From assembly GCA_951406725.2 (NCBI GenBank), contig OX597830.1:32860001-32924000 (forward strand): a stretch of 64,000 nucleotides of DNA, given 5' to 3'. Positions 41,596-56,591 of this stretch are shown piece after piece (the first letter of the stretch is position 1; each line of letters starts with the position of its first letter). The DNA is from Octopus vulgaris (lineage: Eukaryota). Under the pieces are notes generated by a model. It worked only from the letters and a program-made list of their open reading frames with translations. It did not search any database and was not told the DNA's origin. Position numbers and translations under genes: made by a program.

Positions 41596-41951
41596 CAGGT
41601 TCTGAACCTCTTATCTAGAATCCAGAAATTCTGAATTACCAGAAATCTGGCTATTTTTGAAACTGGCTAGCTTCGAATTTCACAGGCTGTAGTAGCTTGC
41701 TGCATGACCACTTTGTTTTAGTTTCCATGGTGCATGCATCACACGATGCTAGATCAAACAAACTCTGCTTTAGAAATGTATCAATTTGTATATGTTATAC
41801 AATTTTGTTCTTTACTTTTCATTGTTTATTTTATATGTTCAGTATATATTTAGCCTGTGTCCAGAAATCCAAAAAGTCCAGAAATCTGAAAAATCCAGAA
41901 ATCTGGATCACCTCCAGTCCCACAGTTGCCGGGCAAAAGGTTTCGTAACTG
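41596..41951. mobile_element. Tigger/pogo-like MITE, degenerate
   Basis: CAG...CTG ends; imperfect TIRs caggttctgaacctcttatc/ggcaaaaggtttcgtaactg; subterminal tccagaaa repeats. Confidence 0.5.
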
Positions 41952-42220
41952 TGTAAGTGAAACGGCACAGTTCCAACTTTGAATTAAAAAACTAAATCCT
42001 GCTGCAGTAAGGCAAAATGCTTTACAATTCTGTATCACAACAGACTGAAGGATTAGGGAATGGTTTAGTGGTTAGAATGGTATTCTCAAAACCATCAGAT
42101 TACAGTATCAATTCTCAGACTGATTCGTGCATTGTATTCTTGAACAAGACAGTTCATTTCACATTGTTCCAGTTTGCTTAGCTGTAGGTGAGTAACTCTG
42201 CGATAGATTGGCATCCTATT

Positions 42221-42490
42221 CATCATCATCATCATCATCATTTTACGTCCATTGGCCATGCTGGCATGGGTCGGATGGTTTGACCAGAGTTGGCACACTG
42301 GAAGGCTGTACCAGACTCCAGTTTGATTCAGCATGGTTTTCTATGGGTGGATGCCCTTCCTAATGCCAACCACGCTGAGAGTAACGAGTGCTTTTACATG
42401 CCACTGGCACAGGTGCCATTTGTGTGACATTGGGGTGCTTTATGTGCCAATTTGCATGATGCTGATATCTACCATGACTGTGATTTCGGT
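42221..42490 (-). mobile_element. Family A RTE 3' end, abutting a degenerate group D SINE (42056-42220, +)
   Basis: (CAT)n-ttttacgtcc...ggatgcccttcctaatgccaac. Confidence 0.7.
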
Positions 42491-43419
42491 CTTGTAGGAT
42501 ACTGTAACCTTGGTCACTTATATTCCATGGAAATCAGGCAACTGGCCTGATGATTCTTGAGTTACAGAACAGAACTAATACAATAGTATAATAGACAATA
42601 ATGAGGATCATGATAATGTATTTTTAATATTGACTTAAGGACACAAACATGTGTGTTTTTGTGTGTGTGCATTTGTATATGTTTGTGTGTTTGTTGGGTG
42701 GGATGGGGTGGTGTATATGCATGCAGTGTAAAAATTGATTTAATTGCCTTCCAGTACATGTCTGGTATCTATATTATTCACTTCAGATGAATGAAAACAA
42801 TGTACAATATAAGCAAAATGAAACAGATATAGCTGAGACTTTAAACAGGATCATGAAATCAGCTCTTTGCAAGCTTGTTCTTTCTCCGGAATACTGCTAA
42901 GTGCTAATAATATTTCAAAAAATACCATTACAATCACTGTCTGTGTTTACAAAGTAATATTTAAGTTCTGGGGGCATATTTCTAATTCTGTTATTATAAT
43001 TCTTGTGTGTCTTACAGCATTGTTCTTATTTCTCTTATCTCTTATGGTATTTACTTAAGAAATTACTTGTCTCTATTGTTTGTAACTTACAGTATATTTT
43101 AAGAGAAAAATTTAAACTTCATTATGTGGAAATTTAAATTTTCAAAAGTATTTGAATAGTAGAACTGCTAGTCAAAACTGAGTCAACCTCAGCATATTAC
43201 TGAATTGTTTAATTTTCATATTTGGTTTGCAAGACTTTTAAAGTGAACTTGCGTGTTGAAACATAGACGGTGTGCCAAAAGCCTTGTACCAAGATTAAAA
43301 CTCATTAACAAAGAAGCTGTAGATTTTCTAAAATTGAATAAAATAAATGAAATAATAATGAATACACATGTACATGAGCATGAGGGAAAAAATGAATAAT
43401 AATAATAATAATAATGATG

Positions 43420-43537
<118 letters not shown>

Positions 43538-43547
43538 TAATAATAAA

Positions 43548-44051
43548 TACCCTGATGCAGTACCAGGCAGTGGCTCTCGTGGCTTCTGACCTTGGAAGTG
43601 TTATCATGTACATTGTTTTGTCTTGGTATAAAAGATGGACTACAGCAAATATTCTGCTCAATGTCACAGATTTGCTTGTCATTTGTTTGACCATAACCAG
43701 TTGAGCATGTCCCTTAGTGACTGACAATATGTACATCTCTGATTATGAGCAGAAATTGTGGGGGAGAATCATAGCCATGTGTTGAGAGGGATTCAGTGGG
43801 GTTTGAATTATTCACCTCTGGAGACATGAGTGTTTCGTTCAACATACTTAAACAAGCCTTATTCAGGGACTTTCACAGCAGGATGAGCCACTCAGTCTAA
43901 AGAAAATTCTAACTGGTTCTCAACTGCAAGATCAGCATGTTGTGCACACATGGTTGTGATGCATGTGCCTGGTGTACCCTTATCAGATAGGTTGGGCTTC
44001 GTATATTTGTAGCCCAGTGTCATTTTGTCGACATGCACTGCTCTCTCACTC
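43548..44051 (+). mobile_element. Family E non-coding element
   Basis: Homolog of 15402-15961; lies between (AAT)n and (GAT/AAT)n. Confidence 0.8.
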
Positions 44052-44659
44052 AATGATGATGATGATGATGATAATGATGATAATAATAATAATAGTAAAT
44101 TTTCTTTTCATTTTTCCCTGTTATTTTGTTTACTTTTCTATTTTTTTAGTTTTTCTTTTATCTCTTCCCCTTTTTCTCTATCACATGACTCTGTAAATGA
44201 ACAATCTGGTGTGCTTGTTTTAATGGCTTACCAGTGTATACAGTACATTTCTCTGCCCTTGGAGTCAGAAAGTCACTTGGCAAGAAATAGAAGCAGAATT
44301 GAAAGAAGATGCTAATGAAAATGGTAATAATAATAATGATATATCATTAAAATATCAAATGTTTTGGTGCATGACTTTTGGCTCAGCCTGTATTTTGTTG
44401 CATGTTGGGAGGGTCATTATGCCAATAATAAAACATGTACTGGTTCTATTTCACTTCTTTATTTTCTCTTTATTTGTCCATTGGTTAACTATGTAACTAC
44501 TTAATTAATTTATCATTTGATTAATTGTCTGGTCAATCAAACAATCAGCTAGGTTTATCAATGTTATTCTGTTGCCTTTTGTGACCTCTTCAATGACATG
44601 CACACTCTACTTCAGGTCTGCTCCAAGACTTATTTTATTATTCCTAAAGGCAACCCACA

Positions 44660-45387
44660 AGGTGGTGAGCTGGCAGAATCCTCAGCATACTGGACAAAAT
44701 TGTAAGCAACATTTCTCCCAGTTCTATGTATTCTGAGTTCAAACTCTGCTAAGGTCAACTTTGCGTTTTATCCTTTCAGGGGCCATATGAATCTCAGATG
44801 AGAACTGCTGGACTTGATTTAGTCCCTCAATTTCTATCATATGTTGATTGAACTCTTCCCACGATCTTGCCAAAAACAATAATTCTTTCTACCATAATTA
44901 TAAGCCCTGAAATTTCAGGAGAGGGTGCAAGGTGATTACATCGACCCCCTAGTGTATCACTGGTAATTATTTTATTGACACCAAAAGGATGAAAGGCAAA
45001 GTTGACCTCAGTGGAATATGAACTTGGAATGTAAAGACAGCTGAAATGCTTCTGAACATTTCGAGCAGCATGTCAATGATTCTGCCGGCTCACTGCCGAT
45101 TAATAATATTAATATTATTATTAGGTCATGTAATAATGAAAGAACAACTACAACAATAATGATGATGATGATGATAATAACAATAATCCTTTCTACTGGA
45201 AGCACAAGGCCTCAAATTTGTGGAGAGAGGACTAGTCGATTACATCAACCCCAGTATGCAACTGGTACTTAATTTATCGATCTTGAACGGACGAAGGACA
45301 AAGTCAACTTTGGAGGAATTTGACATTGGCAAAATACCACTAAGAATTTCATTCAGCATCCTAATGATTCTGCCAGCTTGCTGCCTA
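44660..45387. mobile_element. Cluster of three SINE C copies (44660-44785 +, 44880-45098 -, 45185-45387 -)
   Basis: gagctggcagaa...gagttcaaa and reverse complements. Confidence 0.75.
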
Positions 45388-45400
45388 AGATAATAATGAC

Positions 45401-45459
<59 letters not shown>

Positions 45460-46417
45460 GGAGGAGGAGGAGGAGGAGGAGGATGAAGAAGAAGAAGAAG
45501 AAGAAGAAGAAGAAGAAGAAGAAGAAGAAGAAGAAGAAGAAGAAGAAGAGATGATGAAGAATAAGAATAAGAAAAAGAATTATCTCAAAACTAATTTGCC
45601 ATAAAATAATTTTGAAAAGGTAAAGAGATAAATGCAAATCTTCTGCATATGCCAGGAACTACAAGTTGTATTGGGACAAAATTATCATTTTAATTAGCAT
45701 CCAACATTTCTGAAACTAAACCAATTTAGCAAAACAAATGTCATTTCTTTTTGTCAGATGCAAAAGACCTCCAAATTCTTTCTGAATTCTTTCAAATATT
45801 CTTGGCAACTAAACAAAATGTTCCTTTTGTTGGGACAATGTTAGCATGGAGCAGTTCTCTAATTCACCTTTTTGTATAATTTCTGGTAAGCACCTTACTG
45901 CACAGGATGTGCATTGTGCAAAATCTATGCATACCATTAAATTTGCTTCGCTCTCCTTTTATAATGTCAAAGCCACATGTTTGAATGTTCTGTTGATGAT
46001 ATTTATATATTTTTAACTAGCATTGCTAACCCTTGAATGCAATTTAATCAGTTGAGGCCTGCAAGGTGCCCTTTCTTGCTGCCTAGACATTATAACTGAG
46101 ATATTTGCAATCTTAATAGAATGAAAGCATCAATGAATATTTTCAAGCAGTTTTGTAATGGTATCCATATATGACAATTAGATCCTAATGAGATCTTCAG
46201 AAAATGAAAGCTTCATTAATTCTTGCAAATGGAGAATGTGGACAATGCAAGCTTGCTAGATACATACGTACGTACGTAAAACTGCACATGCACACACATA
46301 CACACATACACACACAGATATATGCATATATATATATACAAACACATATGTATATACATGTATATGTGCATACTTATACATACATACACATATATGTGTG
46401 TGTGTGTGTGTGTCTGT

Positions 46418-46742
46418 GAAGGCACATGGCTTAATGGTTAGGGCGTTTGTCTCATGATCGTAAGGTCATGAGTTCAATTCCTGGTGATGCACTGTGTCCT
46501 TGAGCAAAACACTTTATTTCATGTTGTTCCAGTCCACTCAGCTGGTAAAAATGAGTAGTACCTGCATTTCAAAGGGGCCACCCTTGCCACCCTGTGTGTG
46601 TCATGCTGAATCTCCTTGCAAACTACATTAAGGATACACGTGTCTGTGGAATGCTCAGCCACATGCACGTTAATTTCATAAGCAGGCTGTTCAGTTGATC
46701 GTATCAGCTGGAACCCTCGTTGTCGTAACCGATGGAGTGCTC
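46418..46742 (+). mobile_element. SINE group D, full length
   Basis: catggcttaatggttagg...gagttcaattcc...tgtgtccttgagcaaaacactt. Confidence 0.8.
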
Positions 46743-46924
46743 CTATATATATATATATATATATATATAGGGGGGGGGGTAAGAAGAAAAATAAACGAAA
46801 ATGCACATTGGAAATCAAAAAAAGGAAAGGCTTTTTATGAAAAGTAACGATAGATATATACAATTAGATGAACTGAGATAGGAACAAAAGTAACAAAATT
46901 CATTATTGTGAATTGTTAAAGAGA

Positions 46925-46970
46925 TTCAAAAGCATACCGGTTTCGTGAATTTACTAATCATTGCTTTGAA
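46925..46970 (-). ncRNA. Degenerate minimal type-I hammerhead ribozyme (Penelope-like remnant)
   Basis: Minus strand ttcaaagca-aTGATtA-gtaaattcac-GAAA-CCGG-TA-tgcttttgaa: stem I, core with two substitutions, palindromic stem III. Confidence 0.65.
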
Positions 46971-47822
46971 TGCACACTGATTAATGAATAGTGTCAGGTC
47001 TACTAGTTCCTGAGTAAAACGATTATGTGTAAGGGAGGTAAGAAGTTCTGGATTTGGTGCAATTAGGGTAGATATAGATCTGTAATGTGAAAGGTGTATG
47101 GGATGTATGGGGGTTAGTGGTATTAATTGAAAGGTTAGTAGTGTTCTGTATTATGTTATTTGTTCATATTGAATTGTGGAAGGTATTTATTGATGGCAGT
47201 TGCCTCCTTATTCATTCTTTGTTGTACTGAGGTGTTCCGTGAACATTGATAGAAGGGGAAAATTAGGAAATTAGGATTAAGATTTATATTTATATATATA
47301 TATATATATATATATAGTGTGTGTGTGTATTTACATTTAGAGCTACATATACATCAGTGTGAAGAGAGGGGGAAGTATGTATGTGTATACATGTGTATAT
47401 GAGATAAGCTTCCAGTGATTAACTGGTTAATCCATTACTTTTAACCAGACCTATCTCATTTAAATCGCTGTCGTAGGAAATGGAATGAACATCACAGTTT
47501 CTCATTCCCCAATTCTAAATGTAAAATCCCAGGCCAAGAAGTGTCACCTTTATTTTAATTGTGTTCATCAGGTCCTTTCAGTGTTTTACATAATATTAAT
47601 TATGATAATGGAATCTATTGACGACATACACACTTGATTATACTAAATAATTTTAAATTGTATGCAACACAACCATGCACATTCACATGCACACACACTC
47701 ATGAAACACTGACCTGTTCATTTACTTGCACAAGTGAATGCTTAGATAATTATAAATGTGCATATTTACACATGCACACTTACTGACATGTGCATGCAAC
47801 TGTATGTATTTATATAAATGCA

Positions 47823-48198
47823 CTAGCAGTATCGCCCGACGTTGCTCGGGTTTGTAAGGGAAGTAACTATATAAGCATTAAAATAGCAAAAAATGCATTA
47901 AAAATCGAAAAAAAAGATGGTAAATTTTTTTTTAAATCGTTGACTCATCGTAGACATTTTTAGAGAGTTACTTCCCTTATATAATAGCGAAAAAATGCAT
48001 TAAAATGGAAAAAAATGATGGTAAATTATTTTTTAAATTGTAGACTCATCGTAGACGCGCGCTAATACCCAGAAGCGCTCGATATGAATCACGACTATAA
48101 GATACCTGGTTTTGGTTAAACTGCACCGCAAAATGTGGGAGTAGTTAGGAATCTAAATCGTAGGAGACAGACACACAACTTCACTTTTATATATAAGT
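47823..48198 (-). mobile_element. Non-autonomous Helitron
   Basis: Minus-strand 3' end cccga-gcaacg-tcggg hairpin then CTAG|T; 5' (t)cttatatataaaag; internal direct and inverted repeats. Confidence 0.8.
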
Positions 48199-48217
48199 GC
48201 ATATATATATGTATATA

Positions 48218-48609
48218 TTCTTTTATTCTTTTATTTGTTTCAGTCATTTGACTGTGGCCATGCTGGAGCACTGCCTTTAGTCAAACAAATTGACCCCAGG
48301 ACTTATTCTTTGTAAGCCTGGTACTTATTCTATTGGCCTCTTTTGCTGAACTGCTAAGTTAAGGGGACGTAAACACACCAGCATCATTTGTCAAGTGCTG
48401 GTGTGGGGACAAACACAGACGCACAAACATATACATACATACATGCATACATACATACATACATAAATACATACATACTTACATACATATATATATATAT
48501 AGATATATATATATGCAACGGGCTTCTTTCAGTTTCTGCCTACCAAATCCTCTCACAAGGCTTTGGTTGGCCCGAGGCTATAGTAGAAGATACTTGCCTC
48601 AGGTGCCAC
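48218..48609 (-). mobile_element. SINE B, head truncated
   Basis: Reverse-complement match to family B. Confidence 0.85.
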
Positions 48610-48624
48610 TAAAAGTCGGAGGGG

Positions 48625-49365
48625 GACAGGATAAGTTACCTGCATCAACTTGTTATAAAAGCAGGTAGTAATTTTACTTTGTACTTATTTTTAGTGCAAT
48701 CAGATTTTAAGTTATTTTTTTCAAAGTTATAATGGAAGTGACAAAGGAGCATATTCGGCACATTTTGCTTTATGAGTTCAATAACAGCAACAAAGCAATG
48801 GAAAGTGCAAGAAATATTAATGCAGTATATGGGGGTCGGACAATAAGCATAAACTACAGCCTAGAAGATGAGCCTTGTCCTGGAAGATCTGTAGAGCTCA
48901 ATAAGGATGTCTTGTAAACCCTGGTGGAGCAAAATACCATTGTAACTGTTGAGGAACTAACAGAGGAGCTTGGAGTTGGTAATTCAACCAGTCATTCAAG
49001 TCAGCATTAGAATAAAAACGACCGTCTTTGGTTTCAAGAAAAAAGGTGTTCTTCCATCAGGATATTGCTTGGCCACACACAACAAGGATGACATTCCAAA
49101 GGCTGGAGTGGTTTGAATGGGAAACAATACTCCACCCACCATGTTCCACAGTCTTCAAAATCATTTGGACAGGAAAAATAGGAATTTTGTAGACGAGGTC
49201 AGAATAGTACTAGAGGAGTATTTTTCATCACAGGCAAGTGAATGTCTGGAAGATAGATAGAAGAGCATTGTAGAAAATTGTAGAAAATGAAGGAGAGTAT
49301 ATTTTCGATTTAAAAAGAACTTCGTTTATTTTAATTTTGAAAAATTTTGTTTATAGGTTGACTTA
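48625..49365 (+). mobile_element. mariner (DD34D-type) internally deleted relic
   Basis: MEVTKEHIRHILLYEF..ARNINAVYG..SLEDEPCPGR, then FHQDIAWPH..WETILHPP; many deletions. Confidence 0.85.
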
Positions 49366-49519
<154 letters not shown>

Positions 49520-49624
49520 ATAGATATATGCATGTATATTAATTTTGTTAATAATACATCCCTCATATTATATTATATATATGTATATATATGTATATAT
49601 ATATATATTGTATATATATGTATA

Positions 49625-49663
<39 letters not shown>

Positions 49664-49727
49664 TGTTGATTTGTTAGCTACTGCACGCATTTTTTTATCT
49701 CCTTCTTTCTGTGTTTATATCTCTCTG

Positions 49728-49770
49728 TATCTTTCTGTTGAAGAGCGTAGGCTCGAAACGTTAAATATTG
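49728..49770 (+). ncRNA. Hammerhead-like motif in a Penelope-like remnant (49660-49865)
   Basis: CTGtTGA-a-GAGC-gtag-GCTC-GAAA-CG-TT; one core substitution. Confidence 0.55.
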
Positions 49771-50181
49771 TTTTATTTATATTTCCTGAGCGCCATACTA
49801 ATACAATTGTTCGTTTGTTTTCCACCTGCCTTCGTCTTTTGTTTATTTTCATAAAGCTTCCTGTTATATATATATGTATATGGATATATGTATGTATAGT
49901 AACTTTTGTTTTTATGGTTAGTTATAAAAAATACAATTTTACATTAATCTGATTGATTACTCTATACTTATCCAGAGTACAAATTGATTATTTTAAAACA
50001 AAAATGTGGATCACAGTGACTTCGAAATTTTGACCAGCCAAGCCATCATTAGACTGCATTCGAGAATGTCTTATATTTCTCATCAAGTATGGCCTAGCTG
50101 GCTGAAACTTTGAAGTCACTGTCAACAACATTTTTGCTTAAGAATAATATATATATGTGTGTGTGTGGATTATGCATATAT

Positions 50182-50260
<79 letters not shown>

Positions 50261-50513
50261 CATATGTATATATACATATATATATATATACATACATACA
50301 TACATACATACATACACAAACATACACACCACACACACACATAAACATATGTATGTATGTATGCATGTATGTATGTAATATATATATGTGATATAATAAT
50401 AAAAAAATACAAGCAAAGCATATATAAAAAGTGCAAAAAGAAAGAAATGGCGGCAAAATGAATGAAATTGGGAGGAATGAAAAGCTTGGAGATGAAGAAA
50501 AGAATGTAGTTAT

Positions 50514-50940
50514 GAAGAAGAAGAAGAAGAAGAAGAAGAAGAAGAAGAAGAAGAAGAAGAAGAAGAAGAAGAAGAAGAAGAAGAAGAAGAAGAAGAAGAA
50601 GAAGAAGAAGAAGAAGAAGAAGAAGAAGAAGAAGAAGAAGAAGAAGAAGAAGAAGAAGAAGAAGAAGAAGAAGAAGAAGAAGAAGAAGAAGAAGAAGAAG
50701 AAGAAGAAGAAGAAGAAGAAGAAGAAGAAGAAGAAGAAGAAGAAGAAGAAGAAGAAGAAGAAGAAGAAGAAGAAGAAGAAGAAGAAGAAGAAGAAGAAGA
50801 AGAAGAAGAAGAAGAAGAAGAAGAAGAAGAAGAAGAAGAAGAAGAAGAAGAAGAAGAAGAAGAAGAAGAAGAAGAGAAGAAGAAGAAGAAGAAGAAGAAG
50901 AAGAAGAAGAAGAAGAAGAAGAAGAAGAAGAAGAAGAAGA
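50514..50940. repeat. (GAA)n microsatellite, about 142 units
   Basis: Directly visible; one 1-nt phase shift near 50875. Confidence 0.98.
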
Positions 50941-51373
50941 CAGTAATGAAGAAAGAGATAAAAATTAATGAAAAGGTTCATTGCAGAAGGGAAGAAAAAG
51001 GTAGAAAAGCACAAAAGATAATGAAGAAAAGTGTGGCATAGAGGAAGAAAATGTGATGCAATTTTTATGGTGTATTTATTGAAGTGAACAATATGGTTTC
51101 AATACCAGAAAAGCAAGGGAAATCCTTTGAAAGAATTAGCTACAGAAAACTAAAGCTTATATGTCTTAGGACAAGTCCATTATAACTGAGGTATTACTAG
51201 GATATATTTAGATTTTAATTAGTCATGAAAGGAAAAATTGTGATATATAAATTTCAAACATGACAAGAAATAAAATACAAATCTGATGAGCATGATGAAG
51301 AGGGAGAAAAATGGCAAAACGGCTGCTCGGTGAAGATGGAGAAGTTGTAAGATGAAGCATGTCAGCAGAGAGC

Positions 51374-51420
<47 letters not shown>

Positions 51421-51972
51421 AGAAAGTTTGCAGATGAGCATGTCGGTGAAGAAGAAAATTAAAAAGAAGAATAATAAGGTGGAAGAGAGATAAAGCGAAA
51501 TGGCAGACGATCAGCTTAAAAGAGATATGTGATATGAATGAACATTATCTCATGGCATAGCCATTGCATAATACTTGATAAGAAATAGAAGACACTTTTG
51601 AATACAGTTTTCAGACAAAAGGAATTACAAGACATAGATGGCAACATTGTGTATTTCATCTATGTGCTTAAAGTCATTGTGATGAGAACACATTGATTTC
51701 CAAATAGCCAATCTAGGTGACAACGGCAGCCATTTTCTCTCCATGTAGAATCTAAAGAGAAAGTTTAATAGCAAAGGATTATTCCATTTTATTTTATTTT
51801 ATGTTTAGTTTATATATATATTTATTATTATTATTATTTTTTTTTTTTTTTTTTTTAATACTACGACTTTGAATTGGAGTGATTAAAGACTGCAGAAGAG
51901 AAAAAAAAAATGAAGAAAAGAAACGAAAAGAAAGTAAAGAAAGAAAGAAAAAATGAAAGAAAAGGTGCTTAA

Positions 51973-52019
51973 ATGTTTGAATTTATTGCTGGCATCTTAT
52001 GTGTTATCTTTATTTTATG
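51973..52019 (+). CDS. Candidate small coding exon (MFEFIAGILCVIFIL-W), hydrophobic signal or anchor
   Basis: ATG directly after an in-frame TAA-containing context, hydrophobic run, donor TG|gtaaga. Confidence 0.3.
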
Positions 52020-53123
52020 GTAAGATGAAATAGTTCTTTTATTTATTTTATTTTTTTTTTTTTTATTTCTAATAGTGGACAGATATAAATAGCTGTTAAA
52101 TGTTAGAAGTGCAGTGGTGTATGGCTTTGAAATTTATATCTGGTGTCGAATCTTTTATTCACTAGTGTTTTTATTTATTTATCTACTTACTGTAGATTTG
52201 AGCATTATATTCTAGAGGCATGACTTTGTCCCGAAGTGTGAAAAGTGTTTGTTTGGTGTGGTTAAAGTGATTTTTATTTGAAATTTTCCTTTTTGTTTTA
52301 GATAATTTTTTTTTTTTACTAAAAATTTTTATTTCTTTTTAAATTCTAGTAAAGTTTTTTTTTTTTTTTTGTTTTTTTTTGTATTTTATTTGTCTTCTCT
52401 TTTTCTTGGGAACAGGCTGTATGCAGACAATGCATTTCAAAGATAGTTTTACAGTTGATAGGTTGTGTATGTGCTGCTTAATACAGATTGTTAGGGAAAG
52501 AACGTAAAAGACAGATTCACAAAAATGGTATAATGGCCTTGAGTAAAGCTGGTACAAGAGCAGACTGGTCGTTCACACTGTGTAAATGTCAATGAATACA
52601 ATATAACAGGAGAAAGTAACTAATGTATAAGATGCTCTCTCTTGAATTACATTGGCACACCAGAATTATGGCTACTTGGTGGCGCTTGCATTCAAGAAAG
52701 AAGAAACTTCTTTGGTGACTCCTAGAAGAATTGCCAAACACAAAGAGGCCAAAAAAATGCAAGAATGTAGTGGTAGTAGTAATAGATACACTGTAGGTTG
52801 TTATGTAAGACTTTGTCAGGGATTAAAAGAGAATTTGTGCTAATCATTTTCATTGACAATATTCAGTGCAAGACTTAAGTTTAAAGAATTAAGTTTTCTT
52901 TACTGCTTTGTGTAGATGTGAAAGAAAATTGAATGAAATTGAAAAATAAAAGATTAAAAAAATAAATAAACTTCTGTCCCCCTCCCTGCTTTTCCTGTGA
53001 CTACAACTGTGGCTCCTGCAACTTAGAGCTGGCTGATCATCTACACTCAGGCAGTTCTAATTAGCTTGTCTTTTCTCAGGCTCATCAATCATATTGCTAA
53101 TACATCAGGCTCTTCAATGACCA

Positions 53124-53170
<47 letters not shown>

Positions 53171-53274
53171 TACATAGATAGATAGACATATATATATACA
53201 TATATATATGTCTATGTATGTATGTATGTATGTATGTATGTATATATATATATACATATATACATAGATAGATA

Positions 53275-53324
<50 letters not shown>

Positions 53325-53456
53325 CATACACACACATATATATATAAAGTAACAAACTGAGAAAAAGAGATCCTTCAAATGAGTGTGTTAAACATCCAAT
53401 TCACTCTATTTAATTTATCTTTATATTTATATATATATGTGTGTATATGTATATAC

Positions 53457-53521
<65 letters not shown>

Positions 53522-53857
53522 ATATACGTATGTATGTATATTCCTTCCTCTCAAGAGCATCAGACTCTATAATTTTCTTTCTGTCCATATTTTTTTTGCA
53601 GCAGCCAACTTGTTATTGTTCGAGAAGAACTTGAAGGGTCTGTGAAAACCATGAGCATACCTGCTTCCTCAACCTGCATCAAAAAAGAGCAGAAAATAGA
53701 TAAAGAAAAAAAACAATGACACATTAAACAGGTCACAACAATTCATGCATTTGGTAATCTTATTGATTGCGAACAGATTTCATTAAGTTAGTAATTAAAT
53801 ATTTTGTTAATTGATATTTGTTAGCTTCTTCATAATTTTATTACTATTTATTGCTTC

Positions 53858-54962
<1,105 letters not shown>

Positions 54963-55224
54963 TTTTGTCTATATTTCCATTTCAGTTTGTTTTCTAATAC
55001 TTCTTTCTTCTATATGCACAAGGCCTGAAATTTTTGGGAAGGCAGCTAATTGATTACAGTGGTGCTGGTACTCAACTGGCATTTATTTTATTAGCCTCCA
55101 AAATTTTTAAGCCTATTTATTCTACCAGAATCTTTTGCCGAACACACAGACACCTATTGTGAAGCAGTGGAGGAGGACAAACACTGACTCAAAGATACAC
55201 ACATGCATGCACACACACACGCAT

Positions 55225-55283
<59 letters not shown>

Positions 55284-55920
55284 CACACACACACACAAAT
55301 ATATGACAGTCTTCTTTCAGTTCCCATCTACCAAATCTACTCACAAGGCTTTAGTCGCCTTGAGCTACAGTAGCAGACACTTGCCCCATGGTTCCACACA
55401 GCGGAATTGAACCCAAGACCACATGCCTGGAAAACCAACTTTTTAACCACACAACCACATCTGCAGCTTTATTAAATCATACTGATATGAGTTTTTAACA
55501 AAAAAAATTCCTCCAACCATGGATTGCTTTGATCAAAGTTTGTCATTTCTTCTGTAGTTTCTTCAGTTGACTGCATTCACCATTTTCCGAAGAACTATAC
55601 TTATTCGGTCTTTTGTTCACTTCCAAAATTGATCCCTTTTTGCTTGGTTCTTATCTGTTCTTGCTTCAGGCTAATAACAATTGATCTTCTTCTTTACTTA
55701 CAAAATCACAAAATACCATTCTTTTCCATTTAATTCTTTTAGTCAGTTTTCGATTTCACTTCTCACCATATCGTATAATTATATCCTGAATATAGTCTCT
55801 TACCCATTTCATAGCATCTTCCTTCTACAGTTCTCTTCATTTGTTTTCCATGGCTTTTTATCACCAGAAAGTTGTTATCTGCTCTTGAAGCATTTTAGTG
55901 TATAACATTAATCTGCCAAA

Positions 55921-56386
55921 AAGGCAGTGAGCTAGCAGAATCGTTAGCATGCCGGGCAAAATGCTTAGCAGTATTTGGTCTATCTTTATGTTCTGAGTTC
56001 AAATTCTGCCCAGGTCAACTTTGCCTTTCATCCTTTTGGGGTTCATAAATTGAGTACCATTTGTGCACTGGGGTCGATCTAATCAACTGGCCCCCTACCC
56101 TAAAATTTCAGGCCTTGTACCTAGAGTAGAAAAGAATATAGTGAAATCAACAGGCAGCGAGCTGGCGGAAATGTTAGCCCATCGAGCAAAATGCTTAGCA
56201 GTATTTCGTCTGTCATTACGTTCTGAGTTCAAATTCTGCCCAGGCTGACTTTGCCTTTCATCCTTTCGGGGTTCATAAACTGAGTACCATTTGCGCGTAC
56301 TGGGGTCGATCTAATCGACTGCCCCCCCCACCACCACCACCACATCACCAAACATTTTGAGCCTTGTGCCTAGAGTATAAAAGAAC
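55921..56386 (+). mobile_element. Head-to-tail SINE C dimer (55921-56138 and 56152-56386)
   Basis: Single flanking direct repeat aacattaatctgccaaa at 55904-55920 and 56384-56400. Confidence 0.85.
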
Positions 56387-56447
56387 ATTAATCTGCCAAA
56401 GAACAGATGGGTGATATTTTCTGAAAACTATGGAAACTGATGTATAA

Positions 56448-56449
56448 CA

Positions 56450-56508
<59 letters not shown>

Positions 56509-56534
56509 TACTACTACTACTACTACTACTACAT

Positions 56535-56591
<57 letters not shown>

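Noticed and set aside
50094-51014. 306-aa poly-F and 171-aa poly-K/R ORFs
   Set aside because: They are products of the (GAA)n tract
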